DNA from: Myxococcota bacterium
Lineage (GTDB): Bacteria; Myxococcota_A; Polyangia; Nannocystales; Nannocystaceae
Assembly: GCA_039028615.1 (NCBI GenBank)
Contig: JBCCHT010000016.1
Location: 1 to 64,000 of the forward strand
Reading direction: 5' to 3'
Length of the DNA: 64,000 nt
The position numbers were made by a program, and so were the translations under genes. Shown here in pieces: positions 9,864 to 19,702 of the stretch; within the stretch, counting starts at the first letter, position 1; each line of letters starts with the position of its first letter. The notes below the pieces were generated by a model. It had not been told where the DNA came from, did no database searches, and worked only from the letters and a program-made list of their open reading frames with translations.

Positions 9864-12368
9864 ATGTGGATGCGGATGGGGATGTACTTTGGGGGACTGT
9901 GCACGCTGGCCTTCGCGGTCGCGTGCGGAGATTCGTCAGTGGAGGCGGGCTCGGCCGATGGCACGGGGTCCACGGGCAACGGGGCCACACCGATGGCCGA
10001 CACCGTCGCGCAGACCTCGGTCGAGCCCGATGGCACGGGCACGACTGGCGACGATGGGGGGGACGAAGAAGACTCCACGAGCACGACGACCGGAGAGCCC
10101 CCGTGGGACGGGATGCAGGCCGGGGTGGCCGTTCGCTATCTCGATCGTCCGGTGGGCATCTCGCAAGCGGGCTACGGCGGTCGCATCGGTGGGACGAGCA
10201 CGCCATGGAGCGGGCTGTTCCAAGGCACCCGTGGCTTCTATGCGCTGCCCACCATCAAGGCGATGGTGCTCGAGTCGGGCGAGGAGCAGCTGGTCCTGCT
10301 CAAGACGCCGATGATGAGCGGCGAGTCGGGGGTCACCGATGCGCTGGTGACCAAGCTGCAAGAGCAACACGGCATCGACCTGGCTGGCCGCATCATCCTC
10401 ACCGCGACGCACTCTCACCACGCGCACGGTCGCTACTGGCGGCTGCCCGACATCTTCGGCGCGGTGGGGGCCGACACGTCCGACGAGGAGGTCATCGATC
10501 TGCTGGCCACCGAGTTCGCCGACACCATCGTGGAGGCGCTCGACGACATGGGGCCGGCCCAGTACGCGTGGAACTACGTGGAGGACTGGGACCCGATGGA
10601 CCGGGTCTATCGCGATCGGCGGGGCGTGAACAATTTCGCCTACGGCAAGGATCCTCGGCTCACGCTCTTCGCGGTGCGGCGACCCGACGGCGAGCCGCTG
10701 GCCGCCATCGTCAACTTCGCGATGCACGGGATCCTGCTCCCCTTCGAAAACGACCTGCTCTCCGAGGACGCCGCGGGCGGCCTGGAGATGGTGTTCGAAG
10801 AGCAGTTCTTCGCGGAGCACGGGCAGCCGATCCTCGGGATGTTCACGCAGGCGGGCGGCGGTGATGCGTCCCCCGCGGGCGGCTTTTTGGGGCACGAGTC
10901 GGCCGCGCGCGCCGAGGTCATCGGCCAGGAAGCTTCGCCCGCGATCCTCGAGCAATGGGACCAGCTCGAGTGGCGGGACGACGCGCAGCTCGACGTGCAC
11001 TCGCGGCGCGTCGACCTGAACTACGCGTTCTTTGGCTACGACCGCAGCGACGAGTTCATGGGCGCGCCCTTGGGCATCCCGCTGCCGCTGCCCTACACCT
11101 GGGGGGGCTGGCAGTGCACCAGCCCCGCCGCCCCCGCGGACAACGACCCCGCGACGAGCATGGAGGGCGAGCTCAAGGAGTGCATCCCGGTCGACGTGCT
11201 GCTGCTCGGCGACGTGCCTCACCCGGAGGTGCACCAGACCTACCTGACCACGGCCCGGCTGGACGATTTCTTCATGACCACCGTACCGGGGGAGCCGACC
11301 TACTCGGTGATGCAGTACCTGCGCGAACAGGTCGCGGAACGATCCTCCGAGGACACGCAGGTCGAGGTCATGGGCATCGGCTACGCCCAGGATCACCTGC
11401 TGTACTTCACTCATCCCGACGATTGGTTCCAAGGCGGCTACGAGTCGGAGATGAGCCTGTGGGGGCCCTACGCGGGGCAGACCATCATCGACACGCAGGT
11501 CGAGGTCATCGATCAGATGCTCGGAGGGCTGGACATGCCGCCGTTCGTGGAGCAGTCGCCCTCGGGGGCCAGTCCGGGTGGGTTCACGCCCCGGGCCTTC
11601 GAGCTGAGCCTCAACGCGGGCGAGATCGTGCAGGACGTGCCCACCGACATGATGCGCACGGAGACGGTGCGCTTTCGGTTCGGCGCGGGTGACCCGAGCC
11701 TCGGCTCGCCGCGGGTGGCGGTGCAGATCGACCGGGGTGAGGGGACCTTCGAAGACGTCCCGAGCCCCTCGGGGTGGCCGGGGGTGGCGCTGGACAACTC
11801 GCGCTACCACATGATCACCCACTACGACCCGAGCCCCGCGCCCGACGGCAACATCGCGCCCGCTCGCAATCACGAGTGGTACGTCGACTGGGAGATCCCC
11901 GCCGACTTCCCCGCGGGGATCTACCGACTCGCGGTGAGCGGCCCGGTGTGGAATGGCGACGGAGCGGAGGGAGGCTTCGAGGCCACCTCCTTGCCCTTCG
12001 CGATCCGTCAGTCCGACGCCGCCGTGCTCGAGCTCGATCGCCAGGGCGACACGCTGCAGCTGCGCATGGAGCTGCCCGCCGTGCCATGGGTGACCGAGGA
12101 AACCTGGCCCATCTCGGGGTGGCGGGTGCACGACCCCACGGCCGGGGCGGCCGATCCCATCGCGGTGCGCGTGCCCCTGACCCTGACCTTCGCCGTCGAT
12201 GGCACGGCCGAGCCGGGCGAACATACGGCGGAGTTCGACCCGGAGCTGGGCGCCCACGTGTTCGAGCTGGCCGATGCGGGCGTGGATGGTGTGGCCGGGG
12301 TGCTCACCGTGCAGGCCCACGTGGCCGCGGACGTCGATCCCGATCCCATCGAAGGCACCGTGCCGTGA
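9864..12368 (+). CDS. Neutral/alkaline ceramidase-family lipoprotein
   Basis: Lipobox AVAC, then ATHSHH, NFAMHG, GDASP, VPGEPT, GYAQD and GGYESEMSLWGP in the motif order of ceramidases. The start is one of five ATGs at 9858-9882. Confidence 0.75.
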   Translation: MWMRMGMYFGGLCTLAFAVACGDSSVEAGSADGTGSTGNGATPMADTVAQTSVEPDGTGTTGDDGGDEEDSTSTTTGEPPWDGMQAGVAVRYLDRPVGISQAGYGGRIGGTSTPWSGLFQGTRGFYALPTIKAMVLESGEEQLVLLKTPMMSGESGVTDALVTKLQEQHGIDLAGRIILTATHSHHAHGRYWRLPDIFGAVGADTSDEEVIDLLATEFADTIVEALDDMGPAQYAWNYVEDWDPMDRVYRDRRGVNNFAYGKDPRLTLFAVRRPDGEPLAAIVNFAMHGILLPFENDLLSEDAAGGLEMVFEEQFFAEHGQPILGMFTQAGGGDASPAGGFLGHESAARAEVIGQEASPAILEQWDQLEWRDDAQLDVHSRRVDLNYAFFGYDRSDEFMGAPLGIPLPLPYTWGGWQCTSPAAPADNDPATSMEGELKECIPVDVLLLGDVPHPEVHQTYLTTARLDDFFMTTVPGEPTYSVMQYLREQVAERSSEDTQVEVMGIGYAQDHLLYFTHPDDWFQGGYESEMSLWGPYAGQTIIDTQVEVIDQMLGGLDMPPFVEQSPSGASPGGFTPRAFELSLNAGEIVQDVPTDMMRTETVRFRFGAGDPSLGSPRVAVQIDRGEGTFEDVPSPSGWPGVALDNSRYHMITHYDPSPAPDGNIAPARNHEWYVDWEIPADFPAGIYRLAVSGPVWNGDGAEGGFEATSLPFAIRQSDAAVLELDRQGDTLQLRMELPAVPWVTEETWPISGWRVHDPTAGAADPIAVRVPLTLTFAVDGTAEPGEHTAEFDPELGAHVFELADAGVDGVAGVLTVQAHVAADVDPDPIEGTVP

Positions 12369-12420
12369 CGCCCTGACGGGCCCCCTTCGGCCGTGTTAGC
12401 AATGGCGTGGAGTTCACGCC

Positions 12421-13305
12421 ATGCGGTTGCACCTCGTCGACGGAACCTTCGAGCTGTTTCGGGCGCACTACGGAAAGCGCCCGGACCACTTCAGCCCCGA
12501 TGGCCAGGACCTCAAGGCCACGGTCGGCGTGGTGTCGTCGCTGATCTCGCTGTTCGAAGATCCCGACGAGCGGGCGACGCACGTGGCGGTGGCCTTCGAT
12601 CGGCCGATCGAGTCGTTCCGCAACGAGCTGTTCGAGGGCTACAAGACGGGCGCGGGCATGGACCCGGTGCTGGTCGACCAGATGATCACCGTCGAAGAGG
12701 CGGTGCGCGCCCTGGGCGTGGTGGTGTGGTCGATGGATCGCTGGGAGGCCGACGACGCGCTGGCTACGGGCGCCAAGCTCTACGCCGACCAGGTCGAGCA
12801 GGTGCGCATCATGACCCCAGACAAGGATCTCGGGCAGTGCCTGTCGGGGACCAAGGTCGTGCAGATCGATCGCATCCGCCGAAAGACCATCGACGAGGCC
12901 GCGATGCGCGAGCGTCGAGGCGTGGCTCCGGCCAGCATTCCCGACTATCTGGCGCTGGTGGGGGACACGGCCGACGGCATCCCCGGGCTGCCCGGCTTCG
13001 GCGAGAAGGGGGCGGCGACGCTTTTGGGGGCCTACGAGAAGATCGAGAACATCCCCGCCGACGTCGCGACCTGGAACCCCAAGCCGCGCGGTTCGGCCCG
13101 CTTGGCCGCCACGCTGGCCGAGCGCCGCGAAGACGCGCTGCTGTACCGCACGCTCGCGACCCTGGTCGACGACGTGCCGCTGACCGAGACCCTCGAGGAC
13201 CTCGAGTGGAAAGGCGCCCCTCGCAGCGAGTACCTGGCGTGGTGCGACCGCGTGGGCAGCAATCGCCTGCGCAACCGCCCGCCCCGCTGGCGTGACGACG
13301 GCTGA
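12421..13305 (+). CDS. Stand-alone 5'-3' exonuclease / flap endonuclease (PolA N-terminal-like)
   Basis: LVDGT, VAFD, FRNELFEGYK, EADDALAT, PDKDLGQ, ALVGDTADGIPGLPGFGEKGA (H3TH). Confidence 0.92.
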   Translation: MRLHLVDGTFELFRAHYGKRPDHFSPDGQDLKATVGVVSSLISLFEDPDERATHVAVAFDRPIESFRNELFEGYKTGAGMDPVLVDQMITVEEAVRALGVVVWSMDRWEADDALATGAKLYADQVEQVRIMTPDKDLGQCLSGTKVVQIDRIRRKTIDEAAMRERRGVAPASIPDYLALVGDTADGIPGLPGFGEKGAATLLGAYEKIENIPADVATWNPKPRGSARLAATLAERREDALLYRTLATLVDDVPLTETLEDLEWKGAPRSEYLAWCDRVGSNRLRNRPPRWRDDG

Positions 13306-13320
13306 CGCTGGCGGCCGCGC

Positions 13321-15588
13321 TCAGATGAACGCGCGTAGGTAGTAGGTCAGCTTGACCGTGATCTCGTGGAAGGGCACCCGGGCCACCCCGTCGGCGTCCG
13401 TGTCCGTGAGCGGTAGGTCGTTGCGGTACACCACGAACAGGTCGCTGCCGGGCGCGAACCGCCAGCGTAGCCGCGACTGCATGCCCACCCGCGGCGATCC
13501 AGGCGACAGATCGAGCCGGCCGAGGTTGTCGAAGGCCAGGTTCCGCGTGATGGCGAAGTCGAGGTTGGCGTTGGCGAAGCCGAAGTTGAAGTCCTCGCCC
13601 GGGTCGGCGAAGCGACCCACGACATGGGTGTAGCGGCTGCCGAGCGCGAAATGCTTGCCCGCCCGGATGGTGACGCCGCCCGAGGGCAGGTGTGCTCGCC
13701 CGCCGAACAGCTCGGCCATCTCGTAGCCGCCGTTGATGCGAAACGCCCGACGCCCAGGGCTTTCGAAGCCCGTGCGGTGACGGAACCCGGTGTAGCGCTG
13801 CGCCTCGATCTCGTGCCCGTACAGCTCGAAGGGCGTCTGGACCTGATCGACGAAGTGGGTCACCCCGTAGTTGATGCTCGTGTCGTTGCGCCACGAGACG
13901 TTGACGTCGCCGTTGGCGTTCTGCCCCAGGCGCTGGGTGTAGTTCGGGTCGGTCTCGATGCTGTAGCTGGGGCCGAACCGGATCTCCCGCAGGCCCAGGG
14001 CACGCGGGCGGGGCACGAAGTTCAGCCGAGCTTCCTGCCGCGAGCTGCCCGGGCGACGGTAAAAGCCCAGGCGGGAATCGAAGTCGTCGTCGCTCCACAG
14101 CCACAGCAGGGAGGGGCGCACGAACAGGCCCTTGTACTCGAGCTGGGCCGAGGCGCTGCTGCCCAGGGTGGCGTCGGCGGGGCGAGGCGCGGCGGTGACG
14201 ACCCCGTCCTCGTCGACTTCCTCCGGCTGGGCCGGGTTCTGACCCATGGTCCCGGCGACGAAGCCGTAACCGAGCAGCTTGCCGTCGAGCGCGACGAGCT
14301 GAGAGTCCACGCCACCCGCCGCGTGTCCGCCGTTGTCGACCCCGAGGCGATATTGGCCGAGGGTCATCATGCCGACGTTGAGGCTGTCGGTGATCTGCAC
14401 GCGAACGCGACCGACGGAGACGTTCTCGGGCTCGGCCCGCGACAGCCCGCGCGAGGGGTCTTCGGGGGCGCCGAGGGTCTGGACCTGGAGCACGCCGTAG
14501 CCCACCGGGCCCACGCGGCCGTAGACCTTGGCTCCGGCGAGGATGGGCACGGGTTGACCTCCGGTCAGCCCTGCGCGTCGCGAGAAGAACAGCTGCGCTT
14601 CTCGATTGCGACCGAACGAGAAGATCTCGAGGCCGTTGATGAAGAAGGGGCGTCGCTCGGGGAAGAACAGCGGGAAGCGGTCGCGGGCGACCTGGACCTC
14701 GTCGGCCTCCACCTGGGCGAAGTCGGTGAGGATACTGGCCTCGACGTACGAGTTTCCGCCGACCTGCACCCGGATGTCGCCGCCGCTGGCGAGGTTGGGC
14801 CGACGCCGCGGATCGACCGTGAACCCTGATTGCAGGTTGGTACGAGCGAGAAAGTACGGCGTGTACTCGATGGCTCGCTGCGCCTTGATGTTGCGTAGGC
14901 CCACGAGGTGGCCGAACTGGCTGGCCGCCATCGCCGAGCGCGGGGGCACGAAGATCCGCCAGTCGTAGGTCGCGTTGCGGCTCGGGTGGTCGCGCGAGAT
15001 GTCGAGGCCGATGGTCTGCTCCGACGCGCTCTTGATGCCCAAGATGGCGAACGGAATCTTGTATTCGACGGTGTAGCCGTCGTTGCGGCGCTCGACCTCG
15101 GCGGTCCACACCGAGTCCCACTCGGTGACGAACTGCGAGCCGTCGCCCAAGCCCAGCGCATCGAGCTGAGCTCCGTCCGCATTGACGCCGAAGCTGACCG
15201 CATCGCGATGGTTGTGCGCGGGATCGAGCTTCACGTAGACGGTGTCGTCGGCGAAGATTCCCCGGTTGTCCCGCCGCAGCGTGCGAACGATGATGTCGCC
15301 CGGCTCGGACTCGCAGTCGAGCAGCACATAGAGATTGGTGTCGTCGTAGGCGACCTGGAGCACCGTTCGGACGGGCGGCGTGCCCCCGACCTCCGGGGTC
15401 CGTTCACGGAAGCGATCGTCCTTGGGTGCTTGCTTCCACGTGTCTTCGTCGCCCCGACCATCGATCTTCATCGACTCGTGGGTTCGGTACGCCTGGTAGG
15501 TCCGCTCCTCGGGTTCGACGGTGAACGAGCCCTCGCCGGGGCTCGGGGCCATCGCCAGCAGGGACGACACAGCGATCACCGAGAGCAT
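13321..15588 (-). CDS. Exported CBM9-like / DUF5916 outer-membrane protein
   Basis: Signal peptide, IDGRGDEDTW, DFAQVEAD, FPLFFPERRPFF and LFFSRR motifs, beta-strand-rich C-terminus. Confidence 0.8.
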   Translation of the reverse strand: MLSVIAVSSLLAMAPSPGEGSFTVEPEERTYQAYRTHESMKIDGRGDEDTWKQAPKDDRFRERTPEVGGTPPVRTVLQVAYDDTNLYVLLDCESEPGDIIVRTLRRDNRGIFADDTVYVKLDPAHNHRDAVSFGVNADGAQLDALGLGDGSQFVTEWDSVWTAEVERRNDGYTVEYKIPFAILGIKSASEQTIGLDISRDHPSRNATYDWRIFVPPRSAMAASQFGHLVGLRNIKAQRAIEYTPYFLARTNLQSGFTVDPRRRPNLASGGDIRVQVGGNSYVEASILTDFAQVEADEVQVARDRFPLFFPERRPFFINGLEIFSFGRNREAQLFFSRRAGLTGGQPVPILAGAKVYGRVGPVGYGVLQVQTLGAPEDPSRGLSRAEPENVSVGRVRVQITDSLNVGMMTLGQYRLGVDNGGHAAGGVDSQLVALDGKLLGYGFVAGTMGQNPAQPEEVDEDGVVTAAPRPADATLGSSASAQLEYKGLFVRPSLLWLWSDDDFDSRLGFYRRPGSSRQEARLNFVPRPRALGLREIRFGPSYSIETDPNYTQRLGQNANGDVNVSWRNDTSINYGVTHFVDQVQTPFELYGHEIEAQRYTGFRHRTGFESPGRRAFRINGGYEMAELFGGRAHLPSGGVTIRAGKHFALGSRYTHVVGRFADPGEDFNFGFANANLDFAITRNLAFDNLGRLDLSPGSPRVGMQSRLRWRFAPGSDLFVVYRNDLPLTDTDADGVARVPFHEITVKLTYYLRAFI

Positions 15589-15822
15589 CGCGACGGCCTC
15601 CCGATCGAAGGTTCGCTTTGCCCACGGTTGTCCGCGTATTCCGGGCTACGCTCGCGCAACTGCGCGCCAGACGCCCGCGAACCGCGCCGCTGCGAGGGGC
15701 TCCGAGGGGATAAAGCTTTCCCCGCGCCGAACCATCGTCTGGCGCGCGTGTAGGACCCCCTCGCCCGAACCCCCGTCCCGAGCACGGGCAGTCTCTACCG
15801 TACCCAGGTCGGGTTTGCTATA

Positions 15823-15954
15823 CGACAAGCGTCGAGCGTGCCTGGCCGGTTGGGGACCCCCCCTTCCGCATCCAACCTCGGCCGGCCAGGCTCCCGACTC
15901 TTTGTCGCTCACATCCTTCGACAACCCTTGAAGCGATTCTTCCGGCCTTTTTTT
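15823..15954 (+). ncRNA. Candidate structured small RNA (strand uncertain)
   Basis: In a 470-bp intergenic gap: nested inverted repeats 15823-15907 around a C-rich loop, a TGnTATACG-like element upstream and a T7 tract at 15948-15954. Confidence 0.4.
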
Positions 15955-16058
15955 GAAAAAAGTGCCAGGTGAAGAACCCGCTAAACCTCTCGGTGCGATC
16001 GGCGCAGTTCTGGGATGGAATTGATGGGTTTCGGTTGTTGCGGCGGGGCCGCGCGTAA

Positions 16059-16727
16059 CTAGCGCCGTGAATCGGTCCCATCCTGGACCGCGTCGATGGC
16101 CTTGTCGATGGCGTCCTTGGCTTTCGCGGTAATCCCGCCTTTTTTGTAGTGGTCGAGCACGACGCGCTCGAAGCGGGACAGATAGGCGTCCATGCCATCG
16201 GAGCCGAGCGGGGCCGCCTCGGGATCGGCTTGGTTCGGGGTGCCGGTGGGGGTCGGTGTGCCGTCCGTGAGCGCGGCCCGACGCTTCTCGCCGAACAGGT
16301 CCACCCAGCGATCGAAGTCCCGACCCCAGCGCATGACCTTATAGAAGTTCTGGCCCGGGCGTTCGCTCTTGGACAGCAAGTCCATGGCTCCGACGGCGAG
16401 GGCAACCGGCCCGAGGACCAGATCCTTGAGCCCGTCGACCAGGATCTTGCACTGGAACACGAGCATGTCTCGGACCAGCCGCCAGCGCTGGGCACGGGGC
16501 TCCTCGTCGACGGGGACGAGCGCGGAGTTCATCGCCAGCGCCTCCGCGTCCGCGGGTGGTGGTGGGGTCGTCGAGCCGACCGTGGCGGGTGCATCCGCCT
16601 GGGTCTGCTCGGCAGCGACCGCGACCTCGTTGCCATCGGTGGGCCCCGGCGCCGCGGCGGCGTTCGTGCCGTCGCCGGGCTCCGGGGCCGCACTGGGCTG
16701 CTCGCCCTTGGGTTCGGAGGATTGCAT
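16059..16727 (-). CDS. Hypothetical protein
   Basis: Low-complexity N-terminus followed by an ordered region RDMLVFQCKILVDGLKDLVLGP...FDRWVDLFG. Start revised to 16727. Confidence 0.7.
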   Translation of the reverse strand: MQSSEPKGEQPSAAPEPGDGTNAAAAPGPTDGNEVAVAAEQTQADAPATVGSTTPPPPADAEALAMNSALVPVDEEPRAQRWRLVRDMLVFQCKILVDGLKDLVLGPVALAVGAMDLLSKSERPGQNFYKVMRWGRDFDRWVDLFGEKRRAALTDGTPTPTGTPNQADPEAAPLGSDGMDAYLSRFERVVLDHYKKGGITAKAKDAIDKAIDAVQDGTDSRR

Positions 16728-16752
16728 GCCGCGCGATGATAGCGTGATGGGC

Positions 16753-17346
16753 ATGTCGGAACCGGCCAGCGCTCCCCCATCGTTGCCACGTAGCGTGTCC
16801 GTGCTGGGGCTGGTGCTCTTCGGCTGTGCATTCCTGCCCCTGACACCGGGCGGTCGGACCTTCTTCCAGGTGGCGATGGAGGCCTTCGACGGCGGCGTCA
16901 TGGCCGGCGTGATCATGGTCGTGGGCATGGGCTCGCCGTTCCTGTTCGGCCTGTGCGTGGCCCTGGGCAACCTGAGCAGCGACGACCAGTGGGGCGCGTC
17001 GTTGGTGCGGATGCCGGTCACGATGATGCACAGCCAGCTGCTGCTGGTGGCGTGGGTGATCTGGCGCAACGTCGACACGGCGATCGCATCGCTGCCGCTG
17101 CTGCTGTTCGCGGCGGTCAGCAGCATCTACGTGATGGTCCACTCGGCCGAGAGCCGCGCCAAAGGAAAGCCCGCGCCCTTTTCCTGGTACGTGCGCTGGG
17201 GCGGCACCGTGGTCGCGGCCGTCGCCGGGTGGTTGATGCTCCAGCGTGGCACCGACATGAACATGGGGATCGCCGTGCAGGTGGCTGGATCGTGCGGGCT
17301 GGGGCTCGTACTGCGTTCGACGCTGGCGAAGACTCGAGTGCAATAG
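16753..17346 (+). CDS. Hypothetical integral membrane protein (about 6 TM)
   Basis: Several hydrophobic segments. Start is 16753 (leaderless) or 16726 (GGAGG upstream). Confidence 0.75.
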   Translation: MSEPASAPPSLPRSVSVLGLVLFGCAFLPLTPGGRTFFQVAMEAFDGGVMAGVIMVVGMGSPFLFGLCVALGNLSSDDQWGASLVRMPVTMMHSQLLLVAWVIWRNVDTAIASLPLLLFAAVSSIYVMVHSAESRAKGKPAPFSWYVRWGGTVVAAVAGWLMLQRGTDMNMGIAVQVAGSCGLGLVLRSTLAKTRVQ

Positions 17347-17402
17347 CGGGTGAAAGCTCTGGCTCGCGGCCGGCGTTCGGGCGGCGGAGACAGAGCCTAC
17401 CC

Positions 17403-18347
17403 ATGAAACTACCCGCCCAATGTCTGACCATGCTCGGCCTGCTGGCGCTGAGCTTCGGCTGCGCTGCGGCCCAAAAAACGTCCGCTCCGGCCTACGACGA
17501 CTACGCCTACGAGGACGCCGTGATGGGCTCCGCGCGAGACGTCGCCGAGAAGTCCCAGTCGATGAGCGAGGCCGCGCCGATGGGCGCGGACGCGATGGCG
17601 AGCCCGGCCCCCGCCGCAGCGGTGGCCCAGCCGACCGCGGTGATGGGCTCGTTGCCGCCCCGCGCCTCCGCCGAGGGTGACGAAGCCGGCTCGCCGCAAA
17701 AGGCGATCGCCGACGACGACGACATGCCCACGACCGGCACCGATGCCGTCGATCAGATGCTCGTGTTCAACGGGGCGCTCAGCCTGCAGACGGAGCACGG
17801 CGGCATTCGGTCGGGCATCGACTCCGCCGTCGACTTCGCGGTGCGGGCCGGGGGCTACATCGCCCAGCAGACGGACACCTCGGTGACCCTGCGCGTGCCT
17901 TCGAAGCGCTTTCGCAAGCTCATGCGTCAGGTCGAAGGCCTCGGCGACGTGCACTCGCGGAGCGTCCATACCCTGGACGTGTCCGAGGAGTTCCACGACC
18001 TGAAGGTGCGGCTCGACAACCTCGAGTCCACCCGGGCGCGCATCGAGAAGCTGCTGGCGCAGGCCAAGAGCCTGAGCGAAGTGCTCACGGTGGAAAAGGA
18101 GCTCGAGCGCGTGAGCGCGGAGATCGATCGCATCCAGGGGCGCATGCGCTTCTTGTCCTCGCAGGCGGCCTTCTCCACGCTGACGATCGGCTTCACCGAG
18201 AAGCCGGCCGAGGTGGTGGTCATCGTCGAAGACGATCGCGACATCGAGCCCCCTCCGCCACCGCCTCCCCCTCCGCCCCGGGTCTTGCGTAGCAACGTGG
18301 ACTGGGTGGGCGACGTGGGTGTGCACCGCCTGATGGCCCTGGACTAG
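17403..18347 (+). CDS. DUF4349-like lipoprotein
   Basis: Lipobox SFGC, TLRVPS, DVSEEFHDL, a coiled coil, AFSTLTI. Confidence 0.8.
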   Translation: MKLPAQCLTMLGLLALSFGCAAAQKTSAPAYDDYAYEDAVMGSARDVAEKSQSMSEAAPMGADAMASPAPAAAVAQPTAVMGSLPPRASAEGDEAGSPQKAIADDDDMPTTGTDAVDQMLVFNGALSLQTEHGGIRSGIDSAVDFAVRAGGYIAQQTDTSVTLRVPSKRFRKLMRQVEGLGDVHSRSVHTLDVSEEFHDLKVRLDNLESTRARIEKLLAQAKSLSEVLTVEKELERVSAEIDRIQGRMRFLSSQAAFSTLTIGFTEKPAEVVVIVEDDRDIEPPPPPPPPPPRVLRSNVDWVGDVGVHRLMALD

Positions 18348-18378
18348 ACCCTTCGACTGAACTTTGGAGAACCGACCG

Positions 18379-18834
18379 ATGAAACGCTCGATTTGGATGC
18401 TCACCCTCGCGGCCCTGGTCTTCGGTGGCTGCGCCAACACCCAGCTTCAGACCCCCGCGGGGTTCGCCGTCCACGACGGCAACGAGACCTACGACTACCG
18501 GGCCAGTGATGGCGAAGGCGTGGTCTTGGCGGTGCGCAGCGAGAAGAACCGCATGGGCGGCGACCTGGCCTACTGGACCTCGACCCTGGACGTCGAGCTT
18601 CGCCAGCAGGGCTACGAGGCCCGGGCGCTGACCGAGGTGACCTCCGCCGATGGTCTCACCGGGCAGCAGATCCGCTACGCGCTGCCCTACGAAGGGCGCG
18701 AGCTGTCGTTCTGGGTGACCTTGTTCGTGACGCCGCGCCAGGTGGTCATCGTGGAGGCGGGGGGCGACACCGAGTTTCTGTCCGCCAAGTCCGAGGTCGT
18801 GGAGAAGGCCATCGCCTCGCTCCAGGTGGGGTGA
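18379..18834 (+). CDS. Hypothetical lipoprotein, likely co-transcribed with the DUF4349 gene
   Basis: GGAG RBS, lipobox FGGC, 31-bp gap from the upstream gene. Confidence 0.75.
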   Translation: MKRSIWMLTLAALVFGGCANTQLQTPAGFAVHDGNETYDYRASDGEGVVLAVRSEKNRMGGDLAYWTSTLDVELRQQGYEARALTEVTSADGLTGQQIRYALPYEGRELSFWVTLFVTPRQVVIVEAGGDTEFLSAKSEVVEKAIASLQVG

Positions 18835-18847
18835 GGCGGGCGGCGGC

Positions 18848-19648
18848 TCACAATGAGCAGCCGCACTGGCAGTCGAACACGGCGGGGCACGAGCAGTAGG
18901 GGCCTTCGTCGTCGATGCCCGCGTAGCACTGGTCGACGTCGCAGCTGACGTCGGCATCCGCCACCACGCAGCCGTTGCCCGTGTTCTGACAGATGCCCGT
19001 GCAGTAGGGCGCGATGGCGCCGAACACCCCGCAGTGGATGCGCCCGTTGTCGACCGCATCGTCGCAGGCGCGCTCGCACAGCTGCTCGACGGGGACCAGC
19101 TCGCCCGGGGCGGGGCGCTCGATGAACTCGCGCTCCGTCTCGAGGCCGCCGCAGTCCTGGTAGCACTCGCGCACTTCGCCTTGGATGTTGAAGTCGGCGC
19201 AGACGCAGCCCGTGCGCTCGGTGGCCGTCTCGCAGCCGCCGTTGCCGATCGCGAAGCAGTCGAGGTGAGCCTCGTTGTCGCAGGCGCAGGCGCGGTCGTC
19301 CTCGATGCAGAAGGTCTCGCCCGTGTTGCAGGTGATCTCGCAGCAGGTCTGGCTGGGATCGGGCGCGGTGGCGGGGCCGTGGTGGACGTCGAGGATGCCG
19401 AAGGGGGTGACCTCGAAGGGGATCGGGTCGATGTCTTCGTCGGGCTCGATGAAGCTGCCGCCGCCGTCGCCCGTGCTGGTGCTGGTGCTGGTGCTCGTCG
19501 AGCTGGTCCCCGAGCTGGTGGAGGTGCCGGTCGAAGTCGACGTGCCGTTGCGCCAGCCGAGGGCTCCATCCTGTGCCTGCGCTTCGGGATCGCAGGCCGT
19601 GCCCCAGATCGACAGACTCAGTAGCAACCCGACCCGCACCATGACCAT
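18848..19648 (-). CDS. Cys-rich lipoprotein with (Ser-Thr)n linker
   Basis: Lipobox GTAC, TSTSTSTST linker, many Cys in the C-terminal half. Confidence 0.7.
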   Translation of the reverse strand: MVMVRVGLLLSLSIWGTACDPEAQAQDGALGWRNGTSTSTGTSTSSGTSSTSTSTSTSTGDGGGSFIEPDEDIDPIPFEVTPFGILDVHHGPATAPDPSQTCCEITCNTGETFCIEDDRACACDNEAHLDCFAIGNGGCETATERTGCVCADFNIQGEVRECYQDCGGLETEREFIERPAPGELVPVEQLCERACDDAVDNGRIHCGVFGAIAPYCTGICQNTGNGCVVADADVSCDVDQCYAGIDDEGPYCSCPAVFDCQCGCSL

Positions 19649-19702
19649 GGGGTCATCGTGCCACGGAGTGGGCCGCGGGGGATTCGCGTTTGCGGGCGTC
19701 GG

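Noticed and set aside
15952..15967. TGGCAC on the minus strand as a sigma-54 promoter
   Set aside because: The -12 position reads TCAA rather than TTGC, so the GG-N10-GC rule fails.
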